64,000 bases of DNA from a bacterium (GTDB lineage: Bacteria > UBP6 > UBA1177): NCBI GenBank assembly GCA_017963125.1, contig JAGCUA010000030.1, forward strand, positions 21,513 to 85,512. The letters run 5' to 3'. This document shows positions 28,464-37,577 of the stretch, piece by piece. The position numbers were made by a program, and so were the translations under genes. Under the pieces are notes generated by a model. The model saw only the letters and a list, made by a program, of their open reading frames with translations. It was not told where the DNA came from and made no database searches. Within the stretch, counting starts at the first letter, position 1; the number at the start of each line of letters is the position of its first letter.

Positions 28464-31400
28464 TTATTCCAAAACGATCGTTTTGTGTTTTCCGCCGAAG
28501 CAGCTTGCCGGCTGGCTCAGCTTGTTTCTGCATTTTTTGCAGTCTTTGTTGTCATATTCATCATAATCGCCTTCTCCGTCGTAAAAAATGACTTCTGTTT
28601 CGGAACTACTGCACTGCACGTTTGAAGGAGGCAAAACCGTGAATATTTTTCCGCTGCCGTAAGCAATTTTCAGTTTTGTATCTGATGCAAAGCTGTGGGT
28701 TTCGACAGCACACGAGTGATACATATCCAGACACAGATTGAAAGAGTTGCAATCAAAAGTGTGGTTATGATGTTCGTCTTTAAAAAATACGAAATCACCT
28801 TTGACCGTAAAATCGTTCTGATAATTTTTTAACACGGAAACTGAATGAGACAACGCCTCGACCCCTTCACAGGCTGAGGGCATCTCAGCATTCAGAGTAA
28901 GAGTGTAATCGTTTGCCGCAAGGCACTCCGGAGCATTGAAAGAGACCGAAAGTGCTTTGTTTTTAAAGTTGATCGCGGCGCTGTCCGGAGTTTCATCTGA
29001 AGAAAGAAGACAGTATAGAAAAGCGTTCGCAGAATTTTCCGTAAATTTTTTCGTAAAACTCGTGCTGTCTGAAAAGGTCACGCGAACCTTCATATTTCTG
29101 AACTGACCGATGGAATCAATCGGCAGTGCGGCAGAAAAAAGAGTATTCAGAGAAGCAGGTTTCAACGGATAGCTGCGGCTCACTACAAGTTTCTCCGTGC
29201 TGTCCTGAAGGACTCCGTTAAGATATCGGCCGTAAAGATAAAGCTCGACTTTGGAAATTTCAGCCATACCGCCGGAATCAGCGGAAATCTTGACTTTAAA
29301 CGGATCCCCTGAATGGAGGAACTGCCCTTTCTGAGGCTCAAGAGAAAGATTCAAATCTGCAATATCGAAAAACTTGAATCCCGCGACATCTGTTCTTTTA
29401 GTCGAAGTTGAACTGCTTTCTACCGTAACTGTGTAATAGCCGCTTCCAGAAAGCATTGAAGGGATTATATCACTGTTATTCGAGCAGTTTGATGAAAAAT
29501 TGGCATTTCCCTGTTTTGTTATCGTGCATTTGTAATCGACTCCGCTTTTCGTCTCCCACCAGAGATAGGATTTGCCGTTGCTCGTAAAAAACTTTTCTTT
29601 TAAATTCACCTTCAGAGGTTCGACCGCCGCAAAATCCATCTGCAGCGCAAGGGGATGTTCCGAACGGTTGCCGACCTCGTCGTAAGCGGTGAGCATGAAG
29701 TTGTTCATACCGTTCACGCTACCGTCAAGGCTGCAGTAGAACTTGTTACAGTCACCCTGCATACCGCCGCTGTTGACATTCGGCACATAGAGACAGCTCT
29801 TTATCCACCCGACCTCCGACGACTGAATAAAGAGGCGTATATTTTCGGGAACAGAAAAATTATCGGTGTATGAAATCAGGATCTGCGGTTTTCTTTTTCC
29901 GGCTATCGAATAACCGCCGTTATTGCAGTTGGGAGAATCTACGCAGCTGTTTGTGAAGAATTGAGAAGCACCTGGAACACATTCCGTAAAAATCGAATTT
30001 TCCGTATCGTAAGAAATAAAACCGGGAGCTCGGTCATCAATAAAAACTGATCCCGCAGCCTCTTCGAAATCCTCATTCGTACAGTTGCCGACTTCATCGC
30101 AAACCGAGAGGAAACCGGAGCATTTCACCACTTCGGAATCAGTCGAAGGTGTTATAAGATTGAAAAAATCGAGACTTTCGCCCGATGCGGCATAGCCGAG
30201 CGTCTTGTCATGGACAGAATTTCCCTCAGAACCGCGGCATGAAACCTTAAAAGCCCATTTTGCGACATCTTCACCCGGATCGACAAGAGAAACACTGAAA
30301 TAATTTTTATTCGTGACACCGTTTCCAAGAAGCACGCGTCCGTCCGATTCCACCCTTATCAGAGGAAGATCAGGCGGGGTCGTATCGACCTTGAACGAAC
30401 CGTAAAGAGTCGAGCTGTTCCCTGCGTGATCGACAGCTGTAAGAGCAGCTTTGTAAAGACCGTCTGAGGCACTTCCGGCAAGCCCTGCTTCAAGCAGAGC
30501 CTCAGCAAAATCTTCAGCCATAAATGAACATTCGCCTGCAGAACAGCTTTCCGAGATATTTTCAAAAACAACAGTTTCTTCATCCTCCCATTTTGAAAGA
30601 GTGAATTTTATGCTTTCGATCAGGCTGTCGGATGCGTTCCATGAAATATCGACATCTTCGCTCCTGACAGTTCCTTCAGGATAATTCATATTCAACAAAG
30701 GTTTTTTGTTGTCGAGAAAAACAGGGAATTCCTTTTCCGAAACATTGTAGGCTATATCCTGAGCCGAAATTGAAAACGGGATCTGCTTTTCCATCGGAAC
30801 GGCGCCCTCATCGGAATATTCGGCAAGCATGGTGAATACGAGACTTTCATCCGAGAATCCGCTTCCCGCGATAGTTTGCGGCTCGATCCGCTTTACTCTG
30901 AAAACGAAATCGGGATCATTGCTCTTCAAGGCGACAGAATCGAGATCGGCAAAACTCCCGTTTTCCGGAGTAACTCTGAATTTAAGAAGAAAAGCCTTTG
31001 CAAAATGCGGCATTACACCGTGCTGAAGATCATACTGCACAAATCCGCCCTTCGTGTAGCTTCCGAGATCACCTGTAATCTCTGCACCATCTTCATCTTC
31101 CGCTTCAAAAAGATCATGAAAACCCGAAATTTCTATTTTCGGACCCTGAGAATCGACCGGGACGGGGACACTTTCAGCCGGAAAAAGGAACTGATCGGAA
31201 TTAGATGCGATCTTTCCGACAATAGTTCCCAGCTGGTTAAAAACTGTTTCATTGAAAGAACTTGTAAGAAACCTCTTTACAGAAAGGGCGTAGTAGTATC
31301 TGAAAAAATTGGAGTCAAGTTCCGTTTTTTTAGCATCATCACCGAAAAAGAGCTGCGTTTCGCCGTTTTTTCCGTTGAAAACCGTATCCTGATAATCTTC

Positions 31401-33344
31401 CTGAAGAAGCCGCAGAACATTGGAAACATCGTAAATTCCGTGCTCAGAGCCGATATTCGTCTCCATAAAGTAAGCAAGGTATTCAAGTCCGGCAAGGAGA
31501 ACGAAATATTTGCTCCTGCCGTCAGCAGCATTCGTATTCAACGGATCTTCATTCCACCCGAAAGCATGGCTCAAGTGCTGCGAAAGGTGCTCCGAAACAA
31601 GGTTAAAGAGCTCTTCATCGTTAATATTTCCCTGATTTCTGCGGCTCGCAAAAATATAAGTCCCGACAGTCGTAAGCGGCGTAACGACGACATCTTCATC
31701 GCTTACCGGAATAAATACTGCCGACAAAGTGCCGTTGAAATGCCGGGATCCGCTGTTTTCCGAAACTGCCGGATCGTAAACGCCGCCGGAAACGCTTACG
31801 ATGCACACTTGTCCGAGTTTCACCTTTACTTCGTCTTCCGACAAGGCGGGATCTTCACCGCTTCTGCTTTTCTGACTCCCTCCGCATGATACGGAAACGC
31901 TTTCGAAACTGCTGAGAGGATTCGTTATGAACGCTTTTATCCTCACAGAAACTGTATTTTTCGTATAAAACGGAAAAGATGTCCTGTATTCTCTTTTATT
32001 CACGAGAACACTGCATTCAAGAATGTTTTTCCCGTCAGGAAGTTTTTCCGTATCCACTACAGCTTTATACTGATCGCTGCTGCCGCTCTGATTTTCCATC
32101 ACATATCCTTCAAGCGTGCAGGAAACATCTTCAACGACATATCTTTTGTGTGTTGCTTCGACCTTTATATCGATGCTGCTGTGCGCAGGATCGTCTTCTG
32201 CCGCAGTCAGATCAAGAGTTCCGTGCCTGTAGAAATCAGCGTGGATCAAAGGCGCTTCGTTGTTCACATGTATCGTTTTTTCAGCACTCTCCACAGTTAC
32301 ACCGTTACTTGCTTCACAGCGTATGAGCACATCTTTTTCGTCTTCGATATTTGCGGTAGTGAAGCTCCCATGAAAATAAGCTGCATCTTCATTTTTGTCG
32401 GCCAGTTTTTCTCCGTCTGCGGAACAGTTCAGCGCCACGATCATATTTTCGGGTTCAGCTTTCGCTTCGACCTCAACCGCACCGCTGAAATACTCCGGCA
32501 CGGCTCCTTTGTTTCCTTCCGGATAGACTTCGATATTTATAGATACACCGCTTTCCCCAGCCTCTTCGCCGCCTAAAAATTCAGCTTGCGAATTCCTGAT
32601 TTTTTCACTCCATTCTTTAAGTTCGGCGGCAGAAAATTTATCGCTGACCTCACTTAAAAAATCTGCGAGAAGTCCTTTCATAAAGGCCGCACCGACTGCT
32701 GCACTTCCGAATTTCGCATGAGTCGAACCGTTGATGACGTTGTCGTCGGCAAGATCGTCATAAAGCATATTGAGCAGATTTTCTGTCGAGAACTGGGTTT
32801 CTGCCTGAGTATCATTGGCAGCCGAGACTGTTTCGGCGATTTTTGCAAAAGCCTGACTCCACAGATAACGCTTTGTAGCGTCTGTCAGCGAACTCTGAAG
32901 CTCCGGAAAGACATCACCCGAAATATCGAGATAGCCGGACCACTCTGATTTAGAGGTAGCAGATCTGTATTTTTCTATAAACGAAGAGAAAAAATCTACC
33001 GTTACGACGATGTTTTTTTCTTCAGCCGCTTTAACACTGCTTTCACAGCATCCGTTCCATGCGACAGCCTCGTCCGATGAGACGAGATCGAGAGTCCCGC
33101 CGCAAACTTCGACTTTGAGTTCCCCTATATTCCGCACCGATTCGAAGCGCATTTCACCGTTTTCATCCGTTTTACCTGACAAAACCTCAGTCTCTCCGTC
33201 AAAAACCTTTACCTGAGCGTTTTTCTGAACAGCTCTTACAGTGAGATCAAACTCCAGTATACCGTTGTCGGGCCGTTTCCCGTCACATGAAACAACAGTC
33301 GAAAGAAGAGCGAGACAAAAGAAAAAATTAAAAATCTTTTTCAT
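28464..33344 (-). CDS. 1626-aa surface lipoprotein with Ig-like repeats and Cys-rich C-terminus; last gene of the T4SS-like operon
   Basis: LLSTVVSC lipobox; Big-domain linkers (DNKKP, DTTPP, DDRAP; D.AGN/D.VGN); 4-bp overlap with the upstream barrel gene. Confidence 0.75.
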   Translation of the reverse strand: MKKIFNFFFCLALLSTVVSCDGKRPDNGILEFDLTVRAVQKNAQVKVFDGETEVLSGKTDENGEMRFESVRNIGELKVEVCGGTLDLVSSDEAVAWNGCCESSVKAAEEKNIVVTVDFFSSFIEKYRSATSKSEWSGYLDISGDVFPELQSSLTDATKRYLWSQAFAKIAETVSAANDTQAETQFSTENLLNMLYDDLADDNVINGSTHAKFGSAAVGAAFMKGLLADFLSEVSDKFSAAELKEWSEKIRNSQAEFLGGEEAGESGVSINIEVYPEGNKGAVPEYFSGAVEVEAKAEPENMIVALNCSADGEKLADKNEDAAYFHGSFTTANIEDEKDVLIRCEASNGVTVESAEKTIHVNNEAPLIHADFYRHGTLDLTAAEDDPAHSSIDIKVEATHKRYVVEDVSCTLEGYVMENQSGSSDQYKAVVDTEKLPDGKNILECSVLVNKREYRTSFPFYTKNTVSVRIKAFITNPLSSFESVSVSCGGSQKSRSGEDPALSEDEVKVKLGQVCIVSVSGGVYDPAVSENSGSRHFNGTLSAVFIPVSDEDVVVTPLTTVGTYIFASRRNQGNINDEELFNLVSEHLSQHLSHAFGWNEDPLNTNAADGRSKYFVLLAGLEYLAYFMETNIGSEHGIYDVSNVLRLLQEDYQDTVFNGKNGETQLFFGDDAKKTELDSNFFRYYYALSVKRFLTSSFNETVFNQLGTIVGKIASNSDQFLFPAESVPVPVDSQGPKIEISGFHDLFEAEDEDGAEITGDLGSYTKGGFVQYDLQHGVMPHFAKAFLLKFRVTPENGSFADLDSVALKSNDPDFVFRVKRIEPQTIAGSGFSDESLVFTMLAEYSDEGAVPMEKQIPFSISAQDIAYNVSEKEFPVFLDNKKPLLNMNYPEGTVRSEDVDISWNASDSLIESIKFTLSKWEDEETVVFENISESCSAGECSFMAEDFAEALLEAGLAGSASDGLYKAALTAVDHAGNSSTLYGSFKVDTTPPDLPLIRVESDGRVLLGNGVTNKNYFSVSLVDPGEDVAKWAFKVSCRGSEGNSVHDKTLGYAASGESLDFFNLITPSTDSEVVKCSGFLSVCDEVGNCTNEDFEEAAGSVFIDDRAPGFISYDTENSIFTECVPGASQFFTNSCVDSPNCNNGGYSIAGKRKPQILISYTDNFSVPENIRLFIQSSEVGWIKSCLYVPNVNSGGMQGDCNKFYCSLDGSVNGMNNFMLTAYDEVGNRSEHPLALQMDFAAVEPLKVNLKEKFFTSNGKSYLWWETKSGVDYKCTITKQGNANFSSNCSNNSDIIPSMLSGSGYYTVTVESSSTSTKRTDVAGFKFFDIADLNLSLEPQKGQFLHSGDPFKVKISADSGGMAEISKVELYLYGRYLNGVLQDSTEKLVVSRSYPLKPASLNTLFSAALPIDSIGQFRNMKVRVTFSDSTSFTKKFTENSANAFLYCLLSSDETPDSAAINFKNKALSVSFNAPECLAANDYTLTLNAEMPSACEGVEALSHSVSVLKNYQNDFTVKGDFVFFKDEHHNHTFDCNSFNLCLDMYHSCAVETHSFASDTKLKIAYGSGKIFTVLPPSNVQCSSSETEVIFYDGEGDYDEYDNKDCKKCRNKLSQPASCFGGKHKTIVLE

Positions 33345-33967
33345 ACTTTCCCCCAGTTATAATAGTTCACAAAGAATGTTGCACCGAAAAAACCGAACAG
33401 ATCAAGCGAATGATCGTGCGGCGACCACTTGTAGAGCACTTGTGCTGAGAGCATTATCCACTCCCAGACTCTGAACTGAAAATCAAGCCCCGCAGCGACA
33501 ACTCCGTTTACTTTCGCATAGTCATCTTTGTTGTAAGAGGCGATAGTTCTACCGCCTTCATCAATAAATTCGATATTTGAAAATGTCTCGACCTTGAATC
33601 CTCCGCCTGCAACAAGATGAGGCGAGAAAAAAGTGCCGGCAAAAATATTGTATCTCAGCAGAACAAGTGTCTGGACCCGCCAGTAATCGAAATATTCCTT
33701 CCCTTTGACATCCTGAAACTCAGCTTTCCTCGAAGTGTCGCCGACCCGCGTAAATGAAGGCTGCAGACCGATATCGAAATTGTCGGTAAGACCGAAAAAG
33801 AGGTTGAGTCCCGCATTCCAGCTAGCATATACGACAGTTGTTTTACTGTCGGTTTTAAGTGAAAACGGGAAAAATCCGCCTCCGCCTATATTGATCTGGA
33901 TCTCCCCTTCTTCTGCAAAAAGCACAAAAGAAAGCATAAATAAAATCAGAAAAACAAATCTTTTCAT
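33341..33967 (-). CDS. Outer-membrane beta-barrel protein (OmpA/OmpW-like size)
   Basis: Signal peptide MKRFVFLILF...FA; amphipathic strands (PHLVAGGGF, AGLDFQFRV, LFGFFGATF). Confidence 0.7.
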   Translation of the reverse strand: MKRFVFLILFMLSFVLFAEEGEIQINIGGGGFFPFSLKTDSKTTVVYASWNAGLNLFFGLTDNFDIGLQPSFTRVGDTSRKAEFQDVKGKEYFDYWRVQTLVLLRYNIFAGTFFSPHLVAGGGFKVETFSNIEFIDEGGRTIASYNKDDYAKVNGVVAAGLDFQFRVWEWIMLSAQVLYKWSPHDHSLDLFGFFGATFFVNYYNWGKV

Positions 33968-33968
33968 G

Positions 33969-35006
33969 CTATTCCAGATAAACAAAAAACGATGTTCCGG
34001 CAGGAACTCTGTATTCCTGCCTCATTTTGCCGGCCTCTTCCTGCTTTGCGAGCTCTGCCGTTGCCGGATTCACCGTGTTTGCAGCAGCCGTCCCTGCGGT
34101 ACTTCCGACACTTCCGGCGAGTCTCGATACGACTGCGCCGGCAGTTTTGGTAATTCCCTGCTTTACTTCCGACTTGATGTTCTCATCGGCGATATCGGTG
34201 ACTTCCGATTCGATTCCGGGATCTTTCCCCGAAACGGCGAACCCTTTAACGGCAAATTCGTCTGCACCGATAATAAGTTTTGAAAATGCGAGCTGGGTCC
34301 GCTTGTTGATGAAACTCTTGGCGGATCCGTAGAACTTGGCTCCTTTCGGAATTTCACCGATTTCTTCAAGAACAGTAGCAACGACGGTGGATTGAGCAGT
34401 AGACCGTATCGAAAAATCGAGCCTGACCTTCACTTTGACATCGTGCAGAGCAAATATTTTCTCTTTTTTTGCCTCATTTTTAAGCCCTTTGACGAAAACT
34501 CCGCCGCCTGAGCTTTCCCCTCCGGGCACGAAACGCCTTTTCCTTCCTGTTTGAACGGTGCCCGAAGCTGCTGCATCGCTCATTTTTGCATAAACCTCGA
34601 GGATCTCCCTGTCCTTTTCCTCATTTTTATTTCTTTTCTTCGGCAAAGCCGCATCTGTAGGAGCTTTGGCGTGTTTTTCTTCCGATCCAGAAACATGATT
34701 TTTAGATGATTTCGGATTATTCATCGCCGATTTTATGTCACCGACAACTCTGCCGCGCGCGAGCTCGCTAAAGTCGTTGAATTTAACTTCTTCCTCTCTT
34801 TCATTCTCCCGCTTCCCGCCGCTGAAAGCAAGCGCAGTAAAAACCAGAATTAGCGCCGCAAGCCCAAGAAGCACCGCATAAAAAGTAACTTTTCTGCGCA
34901 TGGCGGCATACTTATCACCGTTATCTTCGTGCTTAACAGATGCCGGCTCAACGATTTTTTCACTTTCAGCCAGAATTTCGAGAGGCGATTTTTCCTTTTT
35001 TTCCAT
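33969..35006 (-). CDS. VirB10/TrbI-like T4SS core protein
   Basis: N-terminal TM, charged linker, C-terminal beta domain with IPKGAKFYG..R...F and VPAGTSFFVYL motifs; operon position. Confidence 0.75.
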   Translation of the reverse strand: MEKKEKSPLEILAESEKIVEPASVKHEDNGDKYAAMRRKVTFYAVLLGLAALILVFTALAFSGGKRENEREEEVKFNDFSELARGRVVGDIKSAMNNPKSSKNHVSGSEEKHAKAPTDAALPKKRNKNEEKDREILEVYAKMSDAAASGTVQTGRKRRFVPGGESSGGGVFVKGLKNEAKKEKIFALHDVKVKVRLDFSIRSTAQSTVVATVLEEIGEIPKGAKFYGSAKSFINKRTQLAFSKLIIGADEFAVKGFAVSGKDPGIESEVTDIADENIKSEVKQGITKTAGAVVSRLAGSVGSTAGTAAANTVNPATAELAKQEEAGKMRQEYRVPAGTSFFVYLE

Positions 35007-35953
35007 TAAAACGACACCTTCAGTTCAAGTTTACGCTTTTTTCCAGCACTTTCGTTCACTTCGATTATGTATTCGCGGGAATAGTCTTCGTCGCTTATTT
35101 TAAAGGCGATGCCACCGCTTACTATCTCATCGAACTGCATCGAAAATTTGTCGATGTGATACTGCGCGTTGTCGATCTCGACCTTTCCCCCTTTTGTAGA
35201 ATAGATCTTCACCGATTCTATGTGGAAACGCTGCCGGTAGCGGTTTTTTACCGAAAAATTGACAGTTACCAAGGCATCTTTCCCGATCTTGCAAATGCGG
35301 TCGCTCCTCAGAAAGACAAGATTTTCCTCTGTTCTTGCCGAATAGCTGCTGCACTGGAAAAACTCACTGAAAGACTTCGCCATCATCCCGATCATGTTTT
35401 TATCTATCTCTTTTTTTATTTCTTTCATCCGCTTTTCGTACTTTCCTTCGAGCTCTTTCCTCAACATTTCCAGATGTTTATTGACTGCCTTATTCGAAGT
35501 TTCCCACTCAGGATAGGAAAAAATTATCCTGTTGCTCGCCTCTTCAGTCGGACGTATCACGAAATTAAAGATGAAAGCCTGGCCCGAATTTATTTTGAAC
35601 TGCACATTCGAACTCAAACCGTACATCAGAGCCTCTTCAGGTGCTTCGCTGAACATAAGTCCCCACACTTTCATTTTCAAAGGCTCCGTTTCGACCTCGA
35701 TTTTAAGAAGTCCGGCATCACCTACCGTCGGAGTTTCGGTAAGCGAAATATTTTCAGGGAATTCAAAAACAAAGACTTCACCTAAAGCGATGTTCACCGT
35801 CCTGTAAATCACGGTATCGCTGTTCTGTATCGTAATGACTGCGACTTTTTCCGTGATCGGGATAAATTTCGCCTTTTCTTCCTCGCTCTCGAAATCCCTG
35901 CCAAGCACATTCATCACAGCTGAAAAAGCTAATAAAATCAGAAGTTTTTTCAT
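35006..35953 (-). CDS. VirB9/TrbG/TraN-like secreted T4SS core protein
   Basis: Signal peptide; two beta-rich domains joined by a helical segment; lies between the VirB8- and VirB10-like genes. Confidence 0.55.
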   Translation of the reverse strand: MKKLLILLAFSAVMNVLGRDFESEEEKAKFIPITEKVAVITIQNSDTVIYRTVNIALGEVFVFEFPENISLTETPTVGDAGLLKIEVETEPLKMKVWGLMFSEAPEEALMYGLSSNVQFKINSGQAFIFNFVIRPTEEASNRIIFSYPEWETSNKAVNKHLEMLRKELEGKYEKRMKEIKKEIDKNMIGMMAKSFSEFFQCSSYSARTEENLVFLRSDRICKIGKDALVTVNFSVKNRYRQRFHIESVKIYSTKGGKVEIDNAQYHIDKFSMQFDEIVSGGIAFKISDEDYSREYIIEVNESAGKKRKLELKVSF

Positions 35954-35958
35954 TCAGT

Positions 35959-36690
35959 CTACTCTTTTTCCTCTTCAATAAGATATTCTTTTCCGTTTTC
36001 AGTCAGATAAGCCCTGAGCTCCCTGAAATCATCAAAACTTTTTCCGGTGTAAAAATCGACGAGAAGCCCGTCAGGAGAGAGTTCGAGCGAGACAGGAACT
36101 ACAAGAAGAAGCGCCGAAAACCAGACTAAAGTTTTCTTTTTTTCGTTTTCTCCCGAATAATCGACGGCATTTCCGAAAGTCATCTCTCCCAAACCCTCGA
36201 CGGTTACCGTAGAACCTACATTCAGCGCACCTTTCACGACTTTCAGTTTTGTCAGAGAAAACTTCGTTTCGAAATTTTTGTTTTTCCAGGTTTCTATCTT
36301 TTCGTTGTGAACAGATTTGTCGAGAAGGATCTGCCTGAATTTAGGTGTCAGCATGTTGTAGGCCTCTTTCAAATCCTCGTCGATATTGGGGCTCACTCCG
36401 TCGAATTTTCCGATAAAATCGGCAATAAAGCGGTGCATTCTGACAAGATTTGTAGAGGTTTCCAAAGTCTCGCTACCGGAAAAAACAATCCGCCTTCCAT
36501 CTTTGTCGAAAGCTATTACCGGTGCGGGTTTCAGCAATATTGACCATGCGAAAAGAAGGGCTGCAAGAGTGATCAGAAACATCATCAGACAGAAAGCAAA
36601 AGCAAGAATCCGGAAAAATTTCCTCATCTTTTCAATATCGCGGTACTTCAAGGTATCAAAAAATTTCACTGCATCATCTTTTTTCATCAT
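35959..36690 (-). CDS. VirB8/TraK-like bitopic T4SS protein
   Basis: Single TM then PVIAFDKDG; helices followed by beta strands ending in PDGLLV (NPxGL-like VirB8 motif). Confidence 0.65.
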   Translation of the reverse strand: MMKKDDAVKFFDTLKYRDIEKMRKFFRILAFAFCLMMFLITLAALLFAWSILLKPAPVIAFDKDGRRIVFSGSETLETSTNLVRMHRFIADFIGKFDGVSPNIDEDLKEAYNMLTPKFRQILLDKSVHNEKIETWKNKNFETKFSLTKLKVVKGALNVGSTVTVEGLGEMTFGNAVDYSGENEKKKTLVWFSALLLVVPVSLELSPDGLLVDFYTGKSFDDFRELRAYLTENGKEYLIEEEKE

Positions 36691-37577
36691 TTCATCCTGT
36701 AACGGTCAATATAAGCCGAAGTTATAGTCTTTATGTTAGCAACTGCACTTCTGATCTGCTCCGAACCGACCGTTTTTGAAGCGAAAAAAGGTATCGCCGC
36801 AATGCCGGTCCCCATAAATAAAAGGCCTGAAAATACCGTTACAGTGTCTCTGTCCATTCTGAAACTGTAAGGGCAGGCGCATATCTCGGAAGCAAGTTTC
36901 ATTATTTCGACCTGCGCCTTACCCGTGATGAAGATAAAAACGGCATAAAGCACAGGCCACAGGGCAAAAACAGCGATCGAGCGGAAAAAACCTCCGATGG
37001 AAGCGAAACCCTGATTGGGAAAGGCCGGAAAGACCAAAGCAAAGCAGAGCCCGACCATATTCAGAGACATCAGAGTCCCCCATCCGTATGAAAAGATCAC
37101 CTCTTTCGATACCCAGACAAAAAGCATGAGTAAAAAAACGGCCAGTTTGCAGAAATACTGGAAATAAAAAGATGTGATCAGAGCAGTTCCGGCCTCGCCC
37201 AGCAGAGGATCAGAAAACTGCGGACACGTTTCCGGAATGCTGCCTGAAAGCCCGGAAATCATCAGAAGGTTCGAGGAATAGAGAGAAAAGGCTTTGAAAA
37301 ACTCCTCGTCAAGTTCTCCGACTATCGGAAATTCATAGGTTACAAGCATTATTTTTTCGATAAAATCAGGCAGATAAAGATAAAGCAGTATTGTCAGTGC
37401 AGATTTCCACGCAACTCCTGCAAAATCGGGCTTTTCAGACTTCTGTATTTTGAAAATTTCAGTCACAAAACTTATTGCGAGACCTACCGAAATCACAATG
37501 AAAACGACGCTCCACAGCCAGCCGGCACCCGCAGATTCCAGCAGAGTTTTAGGGTTGTAGCAGATATTGAAATTCAT
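36687..37577 (-). CDS. VirB6/TraJ-like polytopic inner-membrane protein
   Basis: About six TM segments; directly downstream of VirB4 with a 4-bp overlap. Confidence 0.6.
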   Translation of the reverse strand: MNFNICYNPKTLLESAGAGWLWSVVFIVISVGLAISFVTEIFKIQKSEKPDFAGVAWKSALTILLYLYLPDFIEKIMLVTYEFPIVGELDEEFFKAFSLYSSNLLMISGLSGSIPETCPQFSDPLLGEAGTALITSFYFQYFCKLAVFLLMLFVWVSKEVIFSYGWGTLMSLNMVGLCFALVFPAFPNQGFASIGGFFRSIAVFALWPVLYAVFIFITGKAQVEIMKLASEICACPYSFRMDRDTVTVFSGLLFMGTGIAAIPFFASKTVGSEQIRSAVANIKTITSAYIDRYRMK

